From Mobula hypostoma (taxonomy: Eukaryota): a stretch of 64,000 bases of DNA. The translations under genes were made by a program, and so were the position numbers. The notes beneath the pieces were generated by a model that saw only the letters and a list, made by a program, of their open reading frames with translations, was not told the DNA's origin and made no database searches. Position 1 is the first letter of the stretch. Every line of letters begins with the position of its first letter. Where the stretch lies: positions 11,470,001-11,534,000 of the forward strand of contig NC_086120.1 in assembly GCF_963921235.1 (NCBI RefSeq), in the 5' to 3' direction. This document shows positions 11,664 through 26,074 of this stretch, piece by piece.

Positions 11664-12819
11664 TGTAATGCCTGCACCTTCACAAAGAAATGTCTACAGG
11701 GATATCCTTCTCAATTGTGTGCCTGCAACTAATACTGCCTCGTTCCTAAAAGAACTTTGGAACTATTAGGCGATGTTGTTTATCAACTTGATTCCCTTCT
11801 GTTCTCCTCAGCTGCCAATCAACAACTGAAGGCAAGAACCTCAGAGAGCAACTTTGGATACAGCAGAATTAATGGCCCCTTAGTAGGTGATCTGACTGTT
11901 CTGTTTTTTTCGAGTTTTTGAAAAAGATTAGTAACTCAGCAGGCTGCAGTAGTTTGGCTTGGATCCGAGCAAACAAAGACAAAACTATCTGATCATCTTG
12001 CCTCTGCCTGGCAGGTATCCTTCTCCTTCCAACAGATATTTACTCTTCATAAGTAGTTTTTCAGCAGAAAAAAATGACTAAGGTTTTTGTGGAAGATGAC
12101 AAGTCATTGGTTTGAGTGCAGCTGTATGCTGAGAACAGCCCAGCAGATAATTCTTCATGATCACAAGATGCTCGTTCATATTCATTCATGGCATGCGAGG
12201 ATCACGTGCTGCTTGATCTTGCCCCTCCTCTGTTTGCATAATCTTTCCCGAGACCCCTCAGCCAGAGTTCCAAATTGGGATTTTGTTTTTGTTTGCAGAA
12301 TTGTGAGTAGTTCTTGACTAGTTGGAAAATTAACATGCTGTAAAGTACTTGACCAATGCTCATGGAAAGCTCATGTAAAACGCAAGACCAGTTTTAGTTA
12401 TTAACAACATATTTTAGTCAGGATTTGGGTTGGATACCTCTGCTCTTTCAGCAGTAACTAGTTTTCTGATTATCTATGAGCTCATATTACAGTAGATATT
12501 ACCAGTCTCAACATTACTATAAGTCTATTTGCAACGGTGTTAAAGAGCAGCCATTTTGGTTCGAAAGAAATCTAGTGCTGGCAGCAGCTTCGTTTCAAAA
12601 TCTTGCTACTTCTCAACAGAAAGGACTATCCTATTTTAAATGGTATTAGAAACAAAAGCCAAAATCTCAAATCAATGAAATAACCTCCAGGAGGATCCCA
12701 CAGTATTAACCTGGGAAATGAACTAGTCTGTAATTGGGTTTAAGGATGTGCATGTTATTGGCAAGGCTGTCATTTATTTCCCATCCCTGAATGGGTGGAT
12801 GATCTTTAACTGCATGTTG

Positions 12820-13600
12820 GAGTACAGAGAATAGATAGAAAACCTAGTGGCATAGAATCATGACAACAATCTTTCAACCATTATTAACAAAATAAAAGAG
12901 CTGGCCATCGATTTCAGGAAAGGTGTAGTGCACATCTTCTGCTTACATCAAAGATTTTGACATCTAAAAGGTTGAGAGCTTCAAGTTCCTAGAGTTAAAC
13001 ATCACCAATAATACATCCTGATCCAAAAATATAGATGCCATGGTCATGAATGTGCACCCTTGCCTCTACTTCCTCAGGAGGCTACAGAAATTCGGCATGC
13101 TCTCTTCGACCCTCACCAACTTTCTTAGATACACCTCAGAAAGCATCCTGTCTGGATGCATCATGGCGTAGTATGAGAACTGCTCTACTCGAAACCATAA
13201 GAATCTGCAGATAACATTTGGGAAACCAACCTCCTCTCCATGAACCCTGTCTACACTTCTCACTATCTAGGTAAAGCAGCTAGTACAATCAAAGACCAAA
13301 CTTACACCAGACACAACCACCAGGCTCAAGGACAGCTGCTATTTTGCTGTTATAAGACTATTGAACAATCCCTAGAATGATAAGATAGAATCTTGACCCC
13401 ACAATCTAACTCAATATGATCACGCACCTTGCTTTGTGCTTGCACTGCACTTTTCTTTGTTACTGTAACACTTTGTTCAGCAGTATTTTTCCCTTGTACT
13501 ACTTCAAAGCACTGATATGATGAAATGATCTGTATCAATGCAATGCAAAACAAAGTTTTTCACTGTACCTTATTAGATGTGAATATAGTAAGCCCATTCA
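12820..13600 (+). mobile_element. Rex1/Babar LINE 3' part, decayed
   Basis: KELAIDFRK, FKFLELNI, LYFLRRLQKF and ESILSGCI motifs in broken frames. Confidence 0.75.
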
Positions 13601-16411
13601 GCAATTTACTTGGAATGAAACTGCTCCTAGCATATTGTCAGGTTGGCAGTATTAGGATTCAGATGAAAGATTAACCCAGCTTTGAAAGGTCTGTATCTTG
13701 ATGGGGGTGATGCTTGTGGAGGTGACTCCCTGTGTCTGTTGCCTTTGTCCTTTGAGACTGTAGAAGATATGGACTTGGCAAACACTGAATTTGAGCATTG
13801 TGTCCTGCAGATGCTAATTCACCACAGCCACAGTACTCTAACAATGGAAGACATGAAGAGCAATGAAAAGAGATGATCCAAGTTCGGCTTGTTACAGGTG
13901 TTAGTGAAGCTGTAGATACAGAGTGGCGAGTGGAAAGTACACTTACCAGCTTGTATTTCAACCCTGGGCGACTGTAACTCCTGGTTCCTGAGCATATGCT
14001 GCAGGCCTGCCAAAGCTGTACTTCGAGAGAAGAAAGCATTCTGAGTGGAAATCCCTCTATGATTCTATATTAGCGACTCTAGATTCTTCATTCTGAACTC
14101 TGAGCTCTACTTTATTACATCTCCACTTGACCCAGTATTGGTGTTCAGAACTGGGCAATTATCTCACAAAACATTCCACTTCTTCACTTCCCTCCCCTCT
14201 TTTACAAACCACCTTAAATCCTCTGGCCATCTTGTGTAATTTCAGCTTATGCTTTGCATCTGTTTATGAGTGCACATCCACAAAGTGCCTTGAGATGTTT
14301 TGTACCTTAAAGGCAATGCAAAGCAAATTTGTTGTAATGATAAGTGACTTATGTCTGCTTTGCAATCAAAATTTATTTGTAACAGAGCAATGCCTTTGAA
14401 GTGACTTTTCATGTGCCAAACAGCACCCTTTCATACTAGGGGAACAGCAGCCACCAATTAAATTTGGAAAAGGGCTTCTCATAGACATATATTCAGAAGG
14501 AATATGTTTTTACGCCTTAAGAACTCTTCCTCTTTGTCAAAGAAGAGAAGCAGGTTTATTTGAGGAAAAGAATATTGATAAATGAAATGTCCACTGGCTG
14601 AACAATATTACCTCATACAAATATGACTCCGCAGAGGGAAACAAATGGTTTTGAAACATCCCAGCCATCATTATGCTGTTAGCTGCAATCCATTCTCTGT
14701 CACATTGACACCCTGTATCTGCTACAAATACTGGCTTCATGTAGCTTGCGCATAACATGCAGGAACTGTATGCAATTTTACAAGCATTCCACATCACTCA
14801 AACAGGCCCTGCAGCTTTATTCCTTTTATCCAGCTCCTGAGGTGTCAGATAAATGGTTCCTGGGTTTTCCCCATCACCAACACAGTTTGCCCTTCTCTTT
14901 AATATCAGCTCCTCTGCAGTGCTCATCAAATAAACAAGTTTATAGCGTGAACATGCTGGAGTTAGAAGGCACTGGATACAGAGAGTTTTGCTTTCACCTG
15001 CTGCATTTGCTGATGAGTTAGAAAGAGAGTGTAACATAGAATCTGCATGGTCACTTACTGACCTGACTGCAAAGAGTCAGCATTAATTGAATGTTGGCTG
15101 TCTGCTTTCTTCAACATACAGAACCATATCTGTTTGGTTATTTTTCACCATCATTAGTTTATGTCTCTACTTTCCCAGTATAAAGTATAAAGTATAAAAT
15201 ATCCCTCAGCATTTCCAAAATTACCTCTGCAGAATTGTAAGCTGCCTTTATTGGAATGACAAGGAGAGGATCCAATTCTGGCATGTGCTCAAATGAAGGG
15301 TCACATCAGTGTCTGCTAGATTTTTCCTGCCATGATTCATTTTGAAAAGACATCAGCCTTGCCTGCCAAGTCTCAGTTATAATAACTTCCTTTTCTCCCT
15401 GCAGTTGTATCATCTTTTCTGGAGGCATCGACTCTTCAGAGCTTATCGTTCTCTATGGACTTGAATGAGCAGTCAAACCATGTGTGAGCTTCAGAAATGA
15501 GGGCCACACAATTATAGAAGCAAGGATACCACAGCACCCATCTGAATACAGTAACATATGTTTTACTTGTGTGCTCCAATAATTGCATAAATGAAAAAAT
15601 GTACATCCTCTTTTTTATACCTGGTCCTCCCACACCTACACACAATCTCCAATGTTTTTGCGCTATCCAGAGCCCGTAAACTTCTTCAGGCTACAACTCT
15701 CTTCTATTCCTTTATTACATCACCCCTGAAACCTTACACGTTTAATTCACTCCTCGTTGGTATCACTGAAGTTCAAAAATCCATCGTGAAATCTCTTTAA
15801 CTCCCTTTTCTCCAATAAAATTCATAAACATTTCTTTTAACAAAATTTAGTGCACTCATATTAGTAGTTTTGCGAAGGATGCATCTAACAACAATGAGAA
15901 GATTATTGAGTCATTCAGTTTTAATGACCACACAAGTAAATGATTGATGTTGATTTTATGCACATTATTTATAAATATGGATCCTCAACACTTTGTTTCT
16001 GCAGAACTTCTCCTTTTGTTAGAAGACATTTGTGTTTCCTCCTCCTTTTGATCCGACTCTGCTTTCTGAGAAATATTCACATTGTTTATTGTTTGCCTGT
16101 CTTTCATTGACCAACACATAGTTGTCAATTATTACTGTGTTGAAGAAATGGTAGCTGTTCAGTGCCAGAGTGCTGGTAATTACCTCTGTGTTAACAGGAA
16201 TTTCAGGAATTCTACAAGAATCCTAAAGTCAAGAACAAAATGGATGATCTCTACTGATGATTTCTGTGATTTGCTCCAACAATAATCTAAGTATGTATCC
16301 AGCAGTGAAGATAAATTTGCCAGATTTCCAACTGTGACGTTGTGGAATCTACTCTATTAACCAATGGCAGGTTTTAAACTCAACAGGAAAAGTAAGGACA
16401 TTCATCTAAAC

Positions 16412-16490
16412 CAGGGGTGCCAAACCTGGGTCCATGGGCCCCTTGCTTAATTGTAATGGTCCATGGCATAAAAAAAGGTTGGGAATGAAT
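16412..16490. mobile_element. hAT-Charlie-like MITE, right end eroded
   Basis: CAGGGGTGCCAAACCT left TIR and AGGTTGGGAA right-TIR remnant; preceded by ATCTAAAC, a Charlie-type target site. Confidence 0.55.
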
Positions 16491-16849
16491 GGAGAGGAAT
16501 GACTGCACAGAAGGGCAAGCAAAAGACAACTTAACTTTCTTTGAATTAATTGAGTCTACTTTGGTAGTTTAACTATTTTATTTAAAGGGGTTTGAATTGC
16601 TTTAATTATTTTCTTTAATTGTATAAATAATTCTGATTATGGAGTTGCTATTTTTACATAGTTTTGGGAACTTCCTAAATGTTCTGATTGGGGAAGACTC
16701 TGAATGATTTTGTGGGATCACACTTGTCTTTTCCAACCGTTAAATGCGATACTGCATTACACCGTCTCCAAACAAGCAACAGTCCATCCCAACGCTTTTC
16801 AAATCATAGTTAGAGACTTCAACTAGGCTTGCTTGAAGAAAACCCTGCC

Positions 16850-18558
16850 TAATTGCTATCAGCATATAACCTGTAGCAGCAGAGGTCCCAACATACTCAA
16901 CCACTGTTATACAAAGATAAGGAATGCCTTCCATTCAAATTCCCTGACTGCATTTCAGTAAATCTGACCATGTGGTTGTCCTTCTCCTATCTGCATACAG
17001 ACAGAAGCCAAAGAGCAAAGCTCCAGACGTTAGGATAACAAAGAGGTGGTTGCGGAAGCAGAGAAGCAGCTACGGGATTCCTTTGAAAGTTTTCAAGGAC
17101 TTACCTAGGGATCTGAATGAATACACCATGGTTGTAACAGACTTTATTAAACAACTTGAGATGAATGTGTCCTATAAAATCATTCAGAGTCCTCCCCAGT
17201 CAGAAACCCTGGATGAACCATGAGATCCACAATCTGCTGAGAGCCAGATAAGAGGCAATCAAGTCTGGCGATCAAGAAAGTTACAAGAGGTCCAGGTACG
17301 ATCTCTGAAAATCCATCTCACGGGCAAAGTGGCACTTAGGGACCAAATTTAACTCAGCGAAGGATGCTCGACTGTCGTGGCAGGGCTTGAATACTCCCAC
17401 TTCCTATAAAGTTAAATCAAGTGACAAAGGAGATAGCAGGGCTTTGCTTTCAGATGAGCTTATTGCTTTCTATGCTTAATTTCACAGTGAAAACACGGAG
17501 GAGCCATCACAAACTCCTGCATACCCCGAGGATCTATGATTTCAGTCTCTGAGGCCAATGTGCAAGCAGCCTTCAGGAGGGTGAACCCCCGAGAAACATC
17601 CTGACCCAGACAGGGTACCTGACCAGGTACTAAAGACCTGTGCTAATCAACTGGCTGGAGTGTTCACTCAGATGCTTAATCTCTCATTTTGGCAGTGTGT
17701 CGTACCCACATACTTTCCGCAAGCTTCAATTATGTCAGTGCCGAAGAAGAGCATGGTGATCTATCTCTATGAATATTGTCCAGTAGCACTTACATCCACA
17801 GTGATGAAGTGTTTTGAGAGGTTGGTGATGAAGCATATCAAGTCCTAACTGAGAAGTGATTTAGATCCACTCCAATTTGCATACAGGAACAACTGATCCA
17901 CAGCAGATACCATCTAATTGGCTCTTCAGTCAACCTGAATCATATATCAGGATGCTCTTTATTGACTACAGCTCAGCATTCAATGCCATCATCCCGTCAA
18001 AACCTAACAATAAACTCCCAGACCTTAGCCTCGATACTTCCTTGTGCAAGTAGATTCTCAATGTCCTCACTTGTAGACCCCAGCCAGTTTGGATTGGCAA
18101 CAACACCTTCTCCTGCATCTCTATCAGTATATGTGCACCACGAGGCTGTCTGCTTAGTCCTCTGCTCTACTCGCTTTACACTTATGACAATGTAGCTAGG
18201 CACAGCTCCAAAGCCATATTCAGGTTTGCTGAGAACACCACTGGCGTATGTCCAGTCAAAGGTAGTGAAGATTCAGCATATAGGAGGGAGACTGAAAAAC
18301 GGCTGAATGGTGTCATAACAACAACCTCTTACTCAATATCAGCAAGACCAAGAAGCTGATTGTAGACTTCACGAGAAGTAAACCAGAGGTCCATGAACCA
18401 GTCCTCATTGGAGGATCAGAGATGGAGTAGGTTAGCAACTTTAAATTCTTTGGTATTACTTCAGAGGACCTATCCTGGTCCAGCTCACATGAAAATGAAT
18501 CTCAGGGCTGTATGTGGTGACATATGTACTTTGATAGTAAAATTTACTTCAAACTTTG
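16850..18558 (+). mobile_element. Rex1/Babar LINE, EN end through RT, decayed
   Basis: SDHVVVLL (APE end), [42 protein letters not shown] and RFAEN; tail AACTTTGAA. Confidence 0.85.
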
Positions 18559-18857
18559 AAGGCACTCAGAAAATGTCTAAAATTTTGCAGTTGTAGAAGC
18601 AACATTGTCAACATTAAAGGCTCCAAGAAGTTGAGTCCATGTTCCTTGCTGCAGTCAGCAGAGTTTGGTAATTGGTAGCATATTTTGACTCTATCTCCTT
18701 CTGTTGCTCAATGCTAAATTTTATATTAAAGTGATCCCATGAGTTGCATTGGGATGCTTTGGATCAACAGTTTTAAGAAGCATTGAAGTGATCAGCTTAA
18801 CCCAAGGATTCACCATGTGACCTAATGTTAATAGAGATCAAACTATAAAACTAATTA

Positions 18858-20670
18858 TAGAGTCATAGAGAAGTACAGCACAGAAACAGGCCCTTTGGCC
18901 CATCTAGTCCTTGCCAAATCCATTTAAACTGTCTACTCCCAATTACTTCTACCGGGACCATAGCCCTCCATAAATCTACTATCCATGTACCTACCCAGAT
19001 TTCTCTTAAACTTTGAAATTGAACTCACATGGACCACTTGTGCTGGCAGTTCATTTTACACTCTCACACCCCTCTGAGTGAAAAAGTTTCCCTCATGTTC
19101 CCCTTAGATTTCTCACCTTTAACTCTTAAACCATGACCTCTGGTTCTCAGTGAAATAAGCCTGCTTGCATTTATCCTGTCTATACCCCTCACAATTTTAT
19201 ATACCTCTATCAACTCTCCTCTCAATCTTCTATGTTCTAAAGTATACAGTCCTAACCTATTCAATCTTTCCTTATAACTTAGGTCCTCCAAAACCAGCAA
19301 CATCCTTGTAAATTTTCTTTGCACTCTTTCAAACTTGTTTGCTTCTTTCCCATAGGTAGGTGATCAAAAATGCATGCAATACTCCAAATTAGGCCTCTTC
19401 AATATCTTACACAACTTCAACATAACATCCCATCTTCTGTACTCAATACATTGATTAATGAAGGCCAATGTGCCTAAATCTTTCTTTAAAACCCTATCTA
19501 TCTGTGATGCCACTTTCAATTAATTATGTACCTGCATTCCCAGATCCCTTTATTGTACCATACTCCTCAGTATCCTACTGTTCACTGAGTAAGACCTACC
19601 CTGGTTGATCCTATCAAAGTGCAAAACCTCTCTCTTGTCTGCATTCAATTCCATCTGCCATTTTTCAGCCCATTTTTCCATCTGATGAAGATCCCTCTGT
19701 AAGCCATGATAGCATTCCTCACTGTCTAGTACACCCCCTACAATGGTGTCCTTGGCAAATTTACTGATCCAGTTAACCACATAATTATCCAGATCATTGA
19801 TATAAATAACAAACCACAAAAGACCCAGCACTGATCCCTGCAGCACACCACAGGCCTCCTGTCAGAGAAGCAACCATCTACTGCCACTCTCTGGCTTCTC
19901 CCAAAAAGTCAAAGTCTATGCTGATGAGAGGCATTGATCATGTGGATAATCGGAGGCTTTCTCCCAGGGCTGAAATAGCTAGCACAAGAGGGCACAGTTT
20001 TAAGGTGCTTGGGAGTAGGTACAGAGGAGATGTCAGGGGTAAATTGTTTTTTATTTTACACAGAGAGTGGTGAGTGCATGGAATGGGCTGCCGGCGATGA
20101 TGGTGGAGGCAGATATGATAGGGTCTTTTAAGAGGCTCCTGGATAGGTACATGGAGCTTAGAAAAATTGAGGGCTATGGGTAACCCTAGGTAATTTCTAA
20201 AGTAAGTACCTGTTCGGCACAGCATAGTGGGCCAAAGGGCCTGTATTGTGCTGTAGGTTTTCTACATTTCTAATCCAATTTATTGCCACATCCTGAATGC
20301 CTAGCAACTGAACCTTCTTGATGAGCCTCCCACGCAGGACCTTGTCAAATGCCTTACTAAAGTCCATGTAGACAACATCCACTGCCTTGCCTTCATCTAC
20401 TTTCCAGGTAGATTACTCAAAAAATTCTGTAAGATTGGTTAGACATGACCTACCATGCACAAAGCCGTGCTGACTATCCTTAATCAGTCCATGTCAATCA
20501 GTCCATGTCTATCCAAATACTAGTATATCTGGTCCCTTAGAATACCTTCCAATAACATTCCCACAACTGATGTCAGACTCACCGGCCTATAATTTCCTGG
20601 TTTCTGTTTATTTTAAAACTTTGGGACAACATTTGCTTTCCTCCAAACCTCAGGTAACTCTCCTGTCGCT
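18858..20670 (-). mobile_element. CR1 LINE RT/3' part (antisense), interrupted at 19919-20272
   Basis: ORFs DVVYMDFSKAFDKV, LQGSVLG..YINDLD..KFAKD and QRKFTRML..RLRGELIEVYKI. Confidence 0.9.
19919..20272 (+). mobile_element. Young CR1 3' fragment nested in an antisense CR1
   Basis: Highly similar to 52548-52890; ends with a TTTTCTAC/TTTCTA tail. Confidence 0.85.
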
Positions 20671-23600
20671 AATTGTAGGTGCATTCAAACCACTAATATG
20701 AATAAGAATGTTATTAGCAAGAATGTCTTGACGTGACTTGCATTGAATGCATTGATACTAAGAAGCAATGATCAGTTTTGAAATCACAAGGTGAAGTTGT
20801 GACAGCAAAGATTGCTGTCTATTAGAACAGTAGATGAGATGTTACCCAACAGGCAACCATTCTGTCTCTCTTTGCAGGGTCAAGCCAGGAGTAAAAGCAA
20901 TTTCGGCAGCTCATTTTTTTAACCTTACTGACAGCCTTTGCTACAGTCTTTTAAGTGAACTATTGTAGGTTAAAGCTGCCTTATAATTTCTATTTTGTTT
21001 TAGAGTATGACTCCTGTACGCATGCAGTTTCCAGCTGGGAGTCATTGTCAGTGACAGGGAATGAACAACTTGAGCTATTTTTCTTTCCTTCTGCTGAAGT
21101 GAAGTATCAAACTCTATACTGCCACTAGACACAATGAGTTCAGCATATACAGGCAACTGATCCTGGAGTCTTCACAAGCACTTGTATTCACCTGTGGAGC
21201 CAATTGGGAGACCTTCACTTGTGTTTGCACTCTGAACTGCTTCTAATTTGTTCCACTTTGCACATATAATTTTTCTTCATCTTTTTCTCCTATGTTCTGT
21301 GATCCCCATTCCAGTTCGATTCACAGGAACCTCCATTTATTTCATGTGTTTAAACTTTCTTACGATATCCCGAAATATTCTATCATCATCATAACCGTCA
21401 AGTTCAGTTATCAAGTAAACAAACATGGCAGCCAATTGGCAAACAACACAGCAAGATCCCTAAAACCAAAAATGTAACCTATCAACTTTTTAACCCAAGT
21501 GAGGAAAGGTCATTGATGATCAGGTGAATTTTCTGCTCTCAAAATTATTTTGGAAGATTATGGCCACAACTCCTCTCCTTGGGCTGAACAGTGATGTTCG
21601 CATAGTCTCAGCTCTGTCCAAATCTCAGCTCAGCTCACTAAACACAGTGGGATTCTGTCAGTGGGACCCTTAGAATTTCAGGTCAACTTCAGTAGGGCTG
21701 CCACTGTTCTGCCAGGAGAGGGAACCTCAAGTAATTGAGCAAAATCACGCATACACAGACAGAAACCCTTGGATGGGACATCATCCAGATCTATGGATCA
21801 CTACTACCTGGGGCTGGCTACATGATGATCCTTGGAAGCAGCATTACCTCCGGTGGTTATGGAAATGAAAACAGATCTAGTTGACATAGCAGATTGGGAT
21901 AACCAGTGATCCTGCTGGGGCAGGAAGGTCAGGAGTGTGAAATGAGAGTTGGACTCACATTACTGTTAATCAAATTTAATAACTTCCTCTCCCCGTTATT
22001 CTAATTTGAACAAATGGAACTACTTAAACTTCAGTTATCTAAAATATGACATGGCATTGATGCGGTGTTCTCATTATTCAGAGTTTCAATGTACTGATGC
22101 AGGTGCAATGAAAACAGAGTCACAGGAACATCACATCATAAAAGCAGTGTTAGAAGAAGAAAACAAACTAAGCATAAATTAAATCCAATTCTTACAAGAA
22201 AAAATACAAATCGAGCAAAATTAAAATTCTCCTTAATCTAATGGGAAATTGGGATTATACTATGTTTCTCCTCCTGGACAGCCACTCCTCAGTAACTACA
22301 TAACAGATTAGTTTTTCTTTTTGAAAATAATTCTCTGTTCTGTGCAGAATAGTTTACATCTCCAAGTAAACAGCAGGGAAGATTTCCCGTGGGTTCATTT
22401 ACTGGAGCCATGATAGAGATATCTATCCAGGAGTTCACCATTGTTTGTCCTTTGTATAATGATACAATTTAAGAGAAATATGACCTGTCAGATGTGCCTA
22501 AGGTGTTGCATACCGAGTGGTAATGCACTGTGTCTTGTGTCCTCACTGATTTGGATCTGCGCATTATCTAACTTGTCAGGTGTATCATTATCAATAACGA
22601 GCAATGCAACTTTCTGACTCAGTGGCCACTGTCTGATTTATCCTTATTGAGGGCCTGTGCTATCTGGTGATCTGTGGCATCAATTTAAATAAACCACAAG
22701 TTAGAACTTTATCTCAGGTGCACTAATTATTGGTTGTGTTCAGTCAACGCATGAATTGAACACCTTGGCCGGAAGTTCTAATTATAACACTTGAAAACTG
22801 ACACGGTTCGGAGTATACTGCCTATTTTTGTTTATTTTTCCCATGTCAAAGCACCTGACTGGAAGGATGAAGAGGCCCTTAATCTTTGAGCTGAGCAATA
22901 TTGTGATATGTAGATCATATGGGAGGAGTCAGCAGTCTTTTATCTTTAGCCCAAGCTGCATCCAAACAGCCGAAACCCTCTCCCTCTTTGACCTAAAGAC
23001 TGTAAAATGACACAGGAGACAAAGTACTAGACTGCTGCCAAGCTCCATTGGACAAGATTTTACAAGACCCTCTAATTTGATTTCAAAGCTGCATAGAGTT
23101 TTAACAAACCCAAAAATCTTGCGACTGCAAAATAGTATAGAAAAACAAAATATGACAGGAGGTAAAATAAAGAGGCCAAGAGGGCTAGTTCAAATAGTGG
23201 TCAAAGAGACAAGTTTTTGATATGACCTTAAAGGTAAAAGAACGAGGAGTTTGCCGATATAACTAACATCAGGACTACCGTTGCTTGGCGTGGTGGAGAA
23301 AGAAACCTTGTTTTCAGAAACATCAGGATGGATTATCTAAAAATGCCTGCTGATTGTAGGCTTGAAAGTCATCGGTATGGCAGGAAGAGAACATAGAGGA
23401 TGGCGATACACAGATAGCAACTTTGAATCTAAGGCAGTCAAGGACCTGAACTATCTTCACAAGGAAATGGTTACAGACAAGTATAGCTTGGGACAAAATA
23501 GATGGTGGTAATGAATTTCAGGATAGAATGAAGTTTCATGAAGTGGATGCGAGAAGCTGTTCAGAATGTAGCAGTGACATGTGTAAGAGTTGTACTCCCA

Positions 23601-26074
23601 GTGGGTGGACATGGTTGATGCTACAGATACAAGGTCTGGAGCCAAATATGATATTAAAGCTTTGGATTGATTGATGGTATCTTGAAACAATAGTTAGGGA
23701 GGATGGTGAAGGCTGTCAGAGTATGGAACTTCCGGTGAGGTGGGAAATGATGACTATGGTTTTCCCATTAGTTAACTGAAGGAAGTTACAGCTCATCCAG
23801 GGAAGGTTGTCAGACAAGTTGCATGACAACAGAGAAACAGTGGAGAAATGACACCAGTGCTGCCAAATGGCTGACTGCAGCCATGAAGCCAGGTAGAGGT
23901 TGGTTTCTAATCATGGAATTGAAGTTGTTTTAGCATTTACCAGCATGCAATTTCAAGCCTAAATGACGTTTTTGTTTCACGAATCCTAATGAAGGAGGTT
24001 GATCTTCCTTATAGTTTCCAAGAATTTCTTGACCTTTAAAAAATATCATGTTGAAATTCCCCAGATGCTTAAAAGCTGACTGACAGTGGAAATATCCTTA
24101 TGTTTTCTCCTTTGCCTGGCTGAAACTTTGTATTCCTATCTGAACACAAAAATGAATACACTTTACAAGATACATCTCCTGTGTTTATCTACCCAAAAAC
24201 TAAAACATTCATTCTTCTCTTCCTCTGGTAATCTATTGTTATCATTTTATTCAGTCATCCACCAGATTCACAAGCTTATGGACCAGAAAATGGTTGACAG
24301 TGTGAGTTAACTGAAGTATTGCATTCTTATCTTTGGGCTTTGTTGCCATTTGAACACAACTTTTCTATTGGGATCTTAAGAATGTGGGGTTAGCCCTTAA
24401 GTCATTTCACCAGCATAAAGGTTAATAAAGTTAAGCAACAAATTCTGAGTGAAGGCTGTTGAAGTTGGCAACAAGTACTGGCTAGAGGCATTTTTGTTGA
24501 TTATGGTGAGAATATCAGTGGATAGAGTTGCTGTTTTAAAGAGGGACGGGCTTGTTGAGTCTTGCATTCATTTCTAATTCATATGAACGTTCACCTTGGT
24601 GACTGGATACAAAAATACGCTGTTCAAGAGATGAACAACAAATGAAGTCTATTCCGATTCTGAGGTGATGGAGATTTTTTATGAATAACAGAACTTATTT
24701 TCACTCTTATCCTCTTCTTGCTGTTCTTTTAGGTAGCAACTGTAGAAATCCTATAAGTGGATAAAGCACAATCCCATAAGTGGTCAGTACATTCAAAATA
24801 ATGGACAAAGGTTTACATAGTGAAAGCCTTTACAGAATTAAAAGAAAAAAGGAACTAAATGTAAAACCAGTTACTGTAACTCTCTTTTGCACAGCAGTGT
24901 TTGTACCTGGCATTTACCAGTTTATTTTGCACCATTGCCTATCTTCTATTATCAAACAATTCACCATAATTGAGTAATGTCAGAAAGGTCCAAGTTGTTG
25001 AATAGAGGATGATAATGTACATCGTCACTGATCATATATATTGATTATTTGACTTGTCAGGATCATAATTTCAAATAACAACAACCTTTGTACCAAAGAT
25101 ATTCATAGTTAGAGGGAGAAGTGTAATAGATGTACTGCACTAGATGTTAATCTGAAAAATCCTGTACATTTTCTGTGACCATCTGGGCAACGTAAACTCA
25201 TGCTCATTGACAAAAGGTTAAAAAAAAACTTTAATCTTCAGCATAAGGTGATTGGATGTCTGATGGGTATTTTGGCCTCGCAAGACAAATTCTTCTGCAA
25301 AATTGAATACTGCATCATTGCCTTGCAACTGAACCCGATTTAGGTGCTGACCACCTTTACCGTGAGTAGATTATACAAGTGTTTGTGCATGAAATAGAGT
25401 CAATCCAATTGAAGGCAAGAAGGGTGATAGAAGATGCCGCATAGAGGGTGAGACTTTGGTACCTATACCAATTTAGTGAACCCTGCAGTGCCTGCTGAAC
25501 TGGGTAAGACTTCATTATGGTGTGCTTCACACAGCTGTGGAAACTGCAAAAGTCGATCATTGTCAGAGAGATTATTACAGATGTATCTCGAGTCTGAAGA
25601 TCAAGAAGTAAAGTCTGTAGAAAATCAGGAGAAAGAAAAGGATTTTTTTTCCCAGGAGAATGAATATAACTAGGAATGCACCATCCCAGTTAAGATTCCA
25701 AATCTTATCTTCCCTGTAGGCAGAGCAAGTAAGTACTTCTGTATTTCTTTAATGAATAGTGTCTTTCGTTAAAAAAAACTTAGACATTAATATATGATGC
25801 ACTTTCCTGCTCTACAGTTATAAACAGTGGGGTGCAATTCACCCTAACAAACTTTGCATTCCGTATTATTCCAGTGTGGGGGTTCTTATTCTTGGTGAGA
25901 CTATGGCATCTCCTGCCAAGACCTTCTTATAATAGGACTGTTGGGTCTTCTGAATGTCAGCACACTGGTCCTTCCCACTGGCTTTAATACCCCTGGTCAA
26001 GAGTTGCATGTCTGTTTGAGTGAAACTGGCTCCCCTAGCCACTTCGTTCACCACAGCAGCCAAAATATTTATTG

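Noticed and set aside
13947-14040. Possible minus-strand exon (AG..GTAAGT; NAFFSRSTALAGLQHMLRNQELQSPRVEIQA)
   Set aside because: Weak polypyrimidine tract, no recognisable protein, no partner exons, and the donor abuts what looks like an old LINE remnant.
14537-14797. 86-aa minus-strand ORF with an internal GTAATA donor-like site
   Set aside because: No recognisable domain, poor acceptor and no supporting neighbouring exons.
15405-15468. Strong splice-acceptor-like site followed by CIIFSGGIDSS (PP-loop-like SGGxDS)
   Set aside because: All three frames stop within about 85 nt, there is no convincing donor and no other PP-loop context; probably chance. TBLASTN or RNA-seq would settle it.
24733-24810. 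Polypyrimidine tract plus AG acceptor
   Set aside because: Stops in all three frames; at most a non-coding exon, which cannot be supported from sequence alone.
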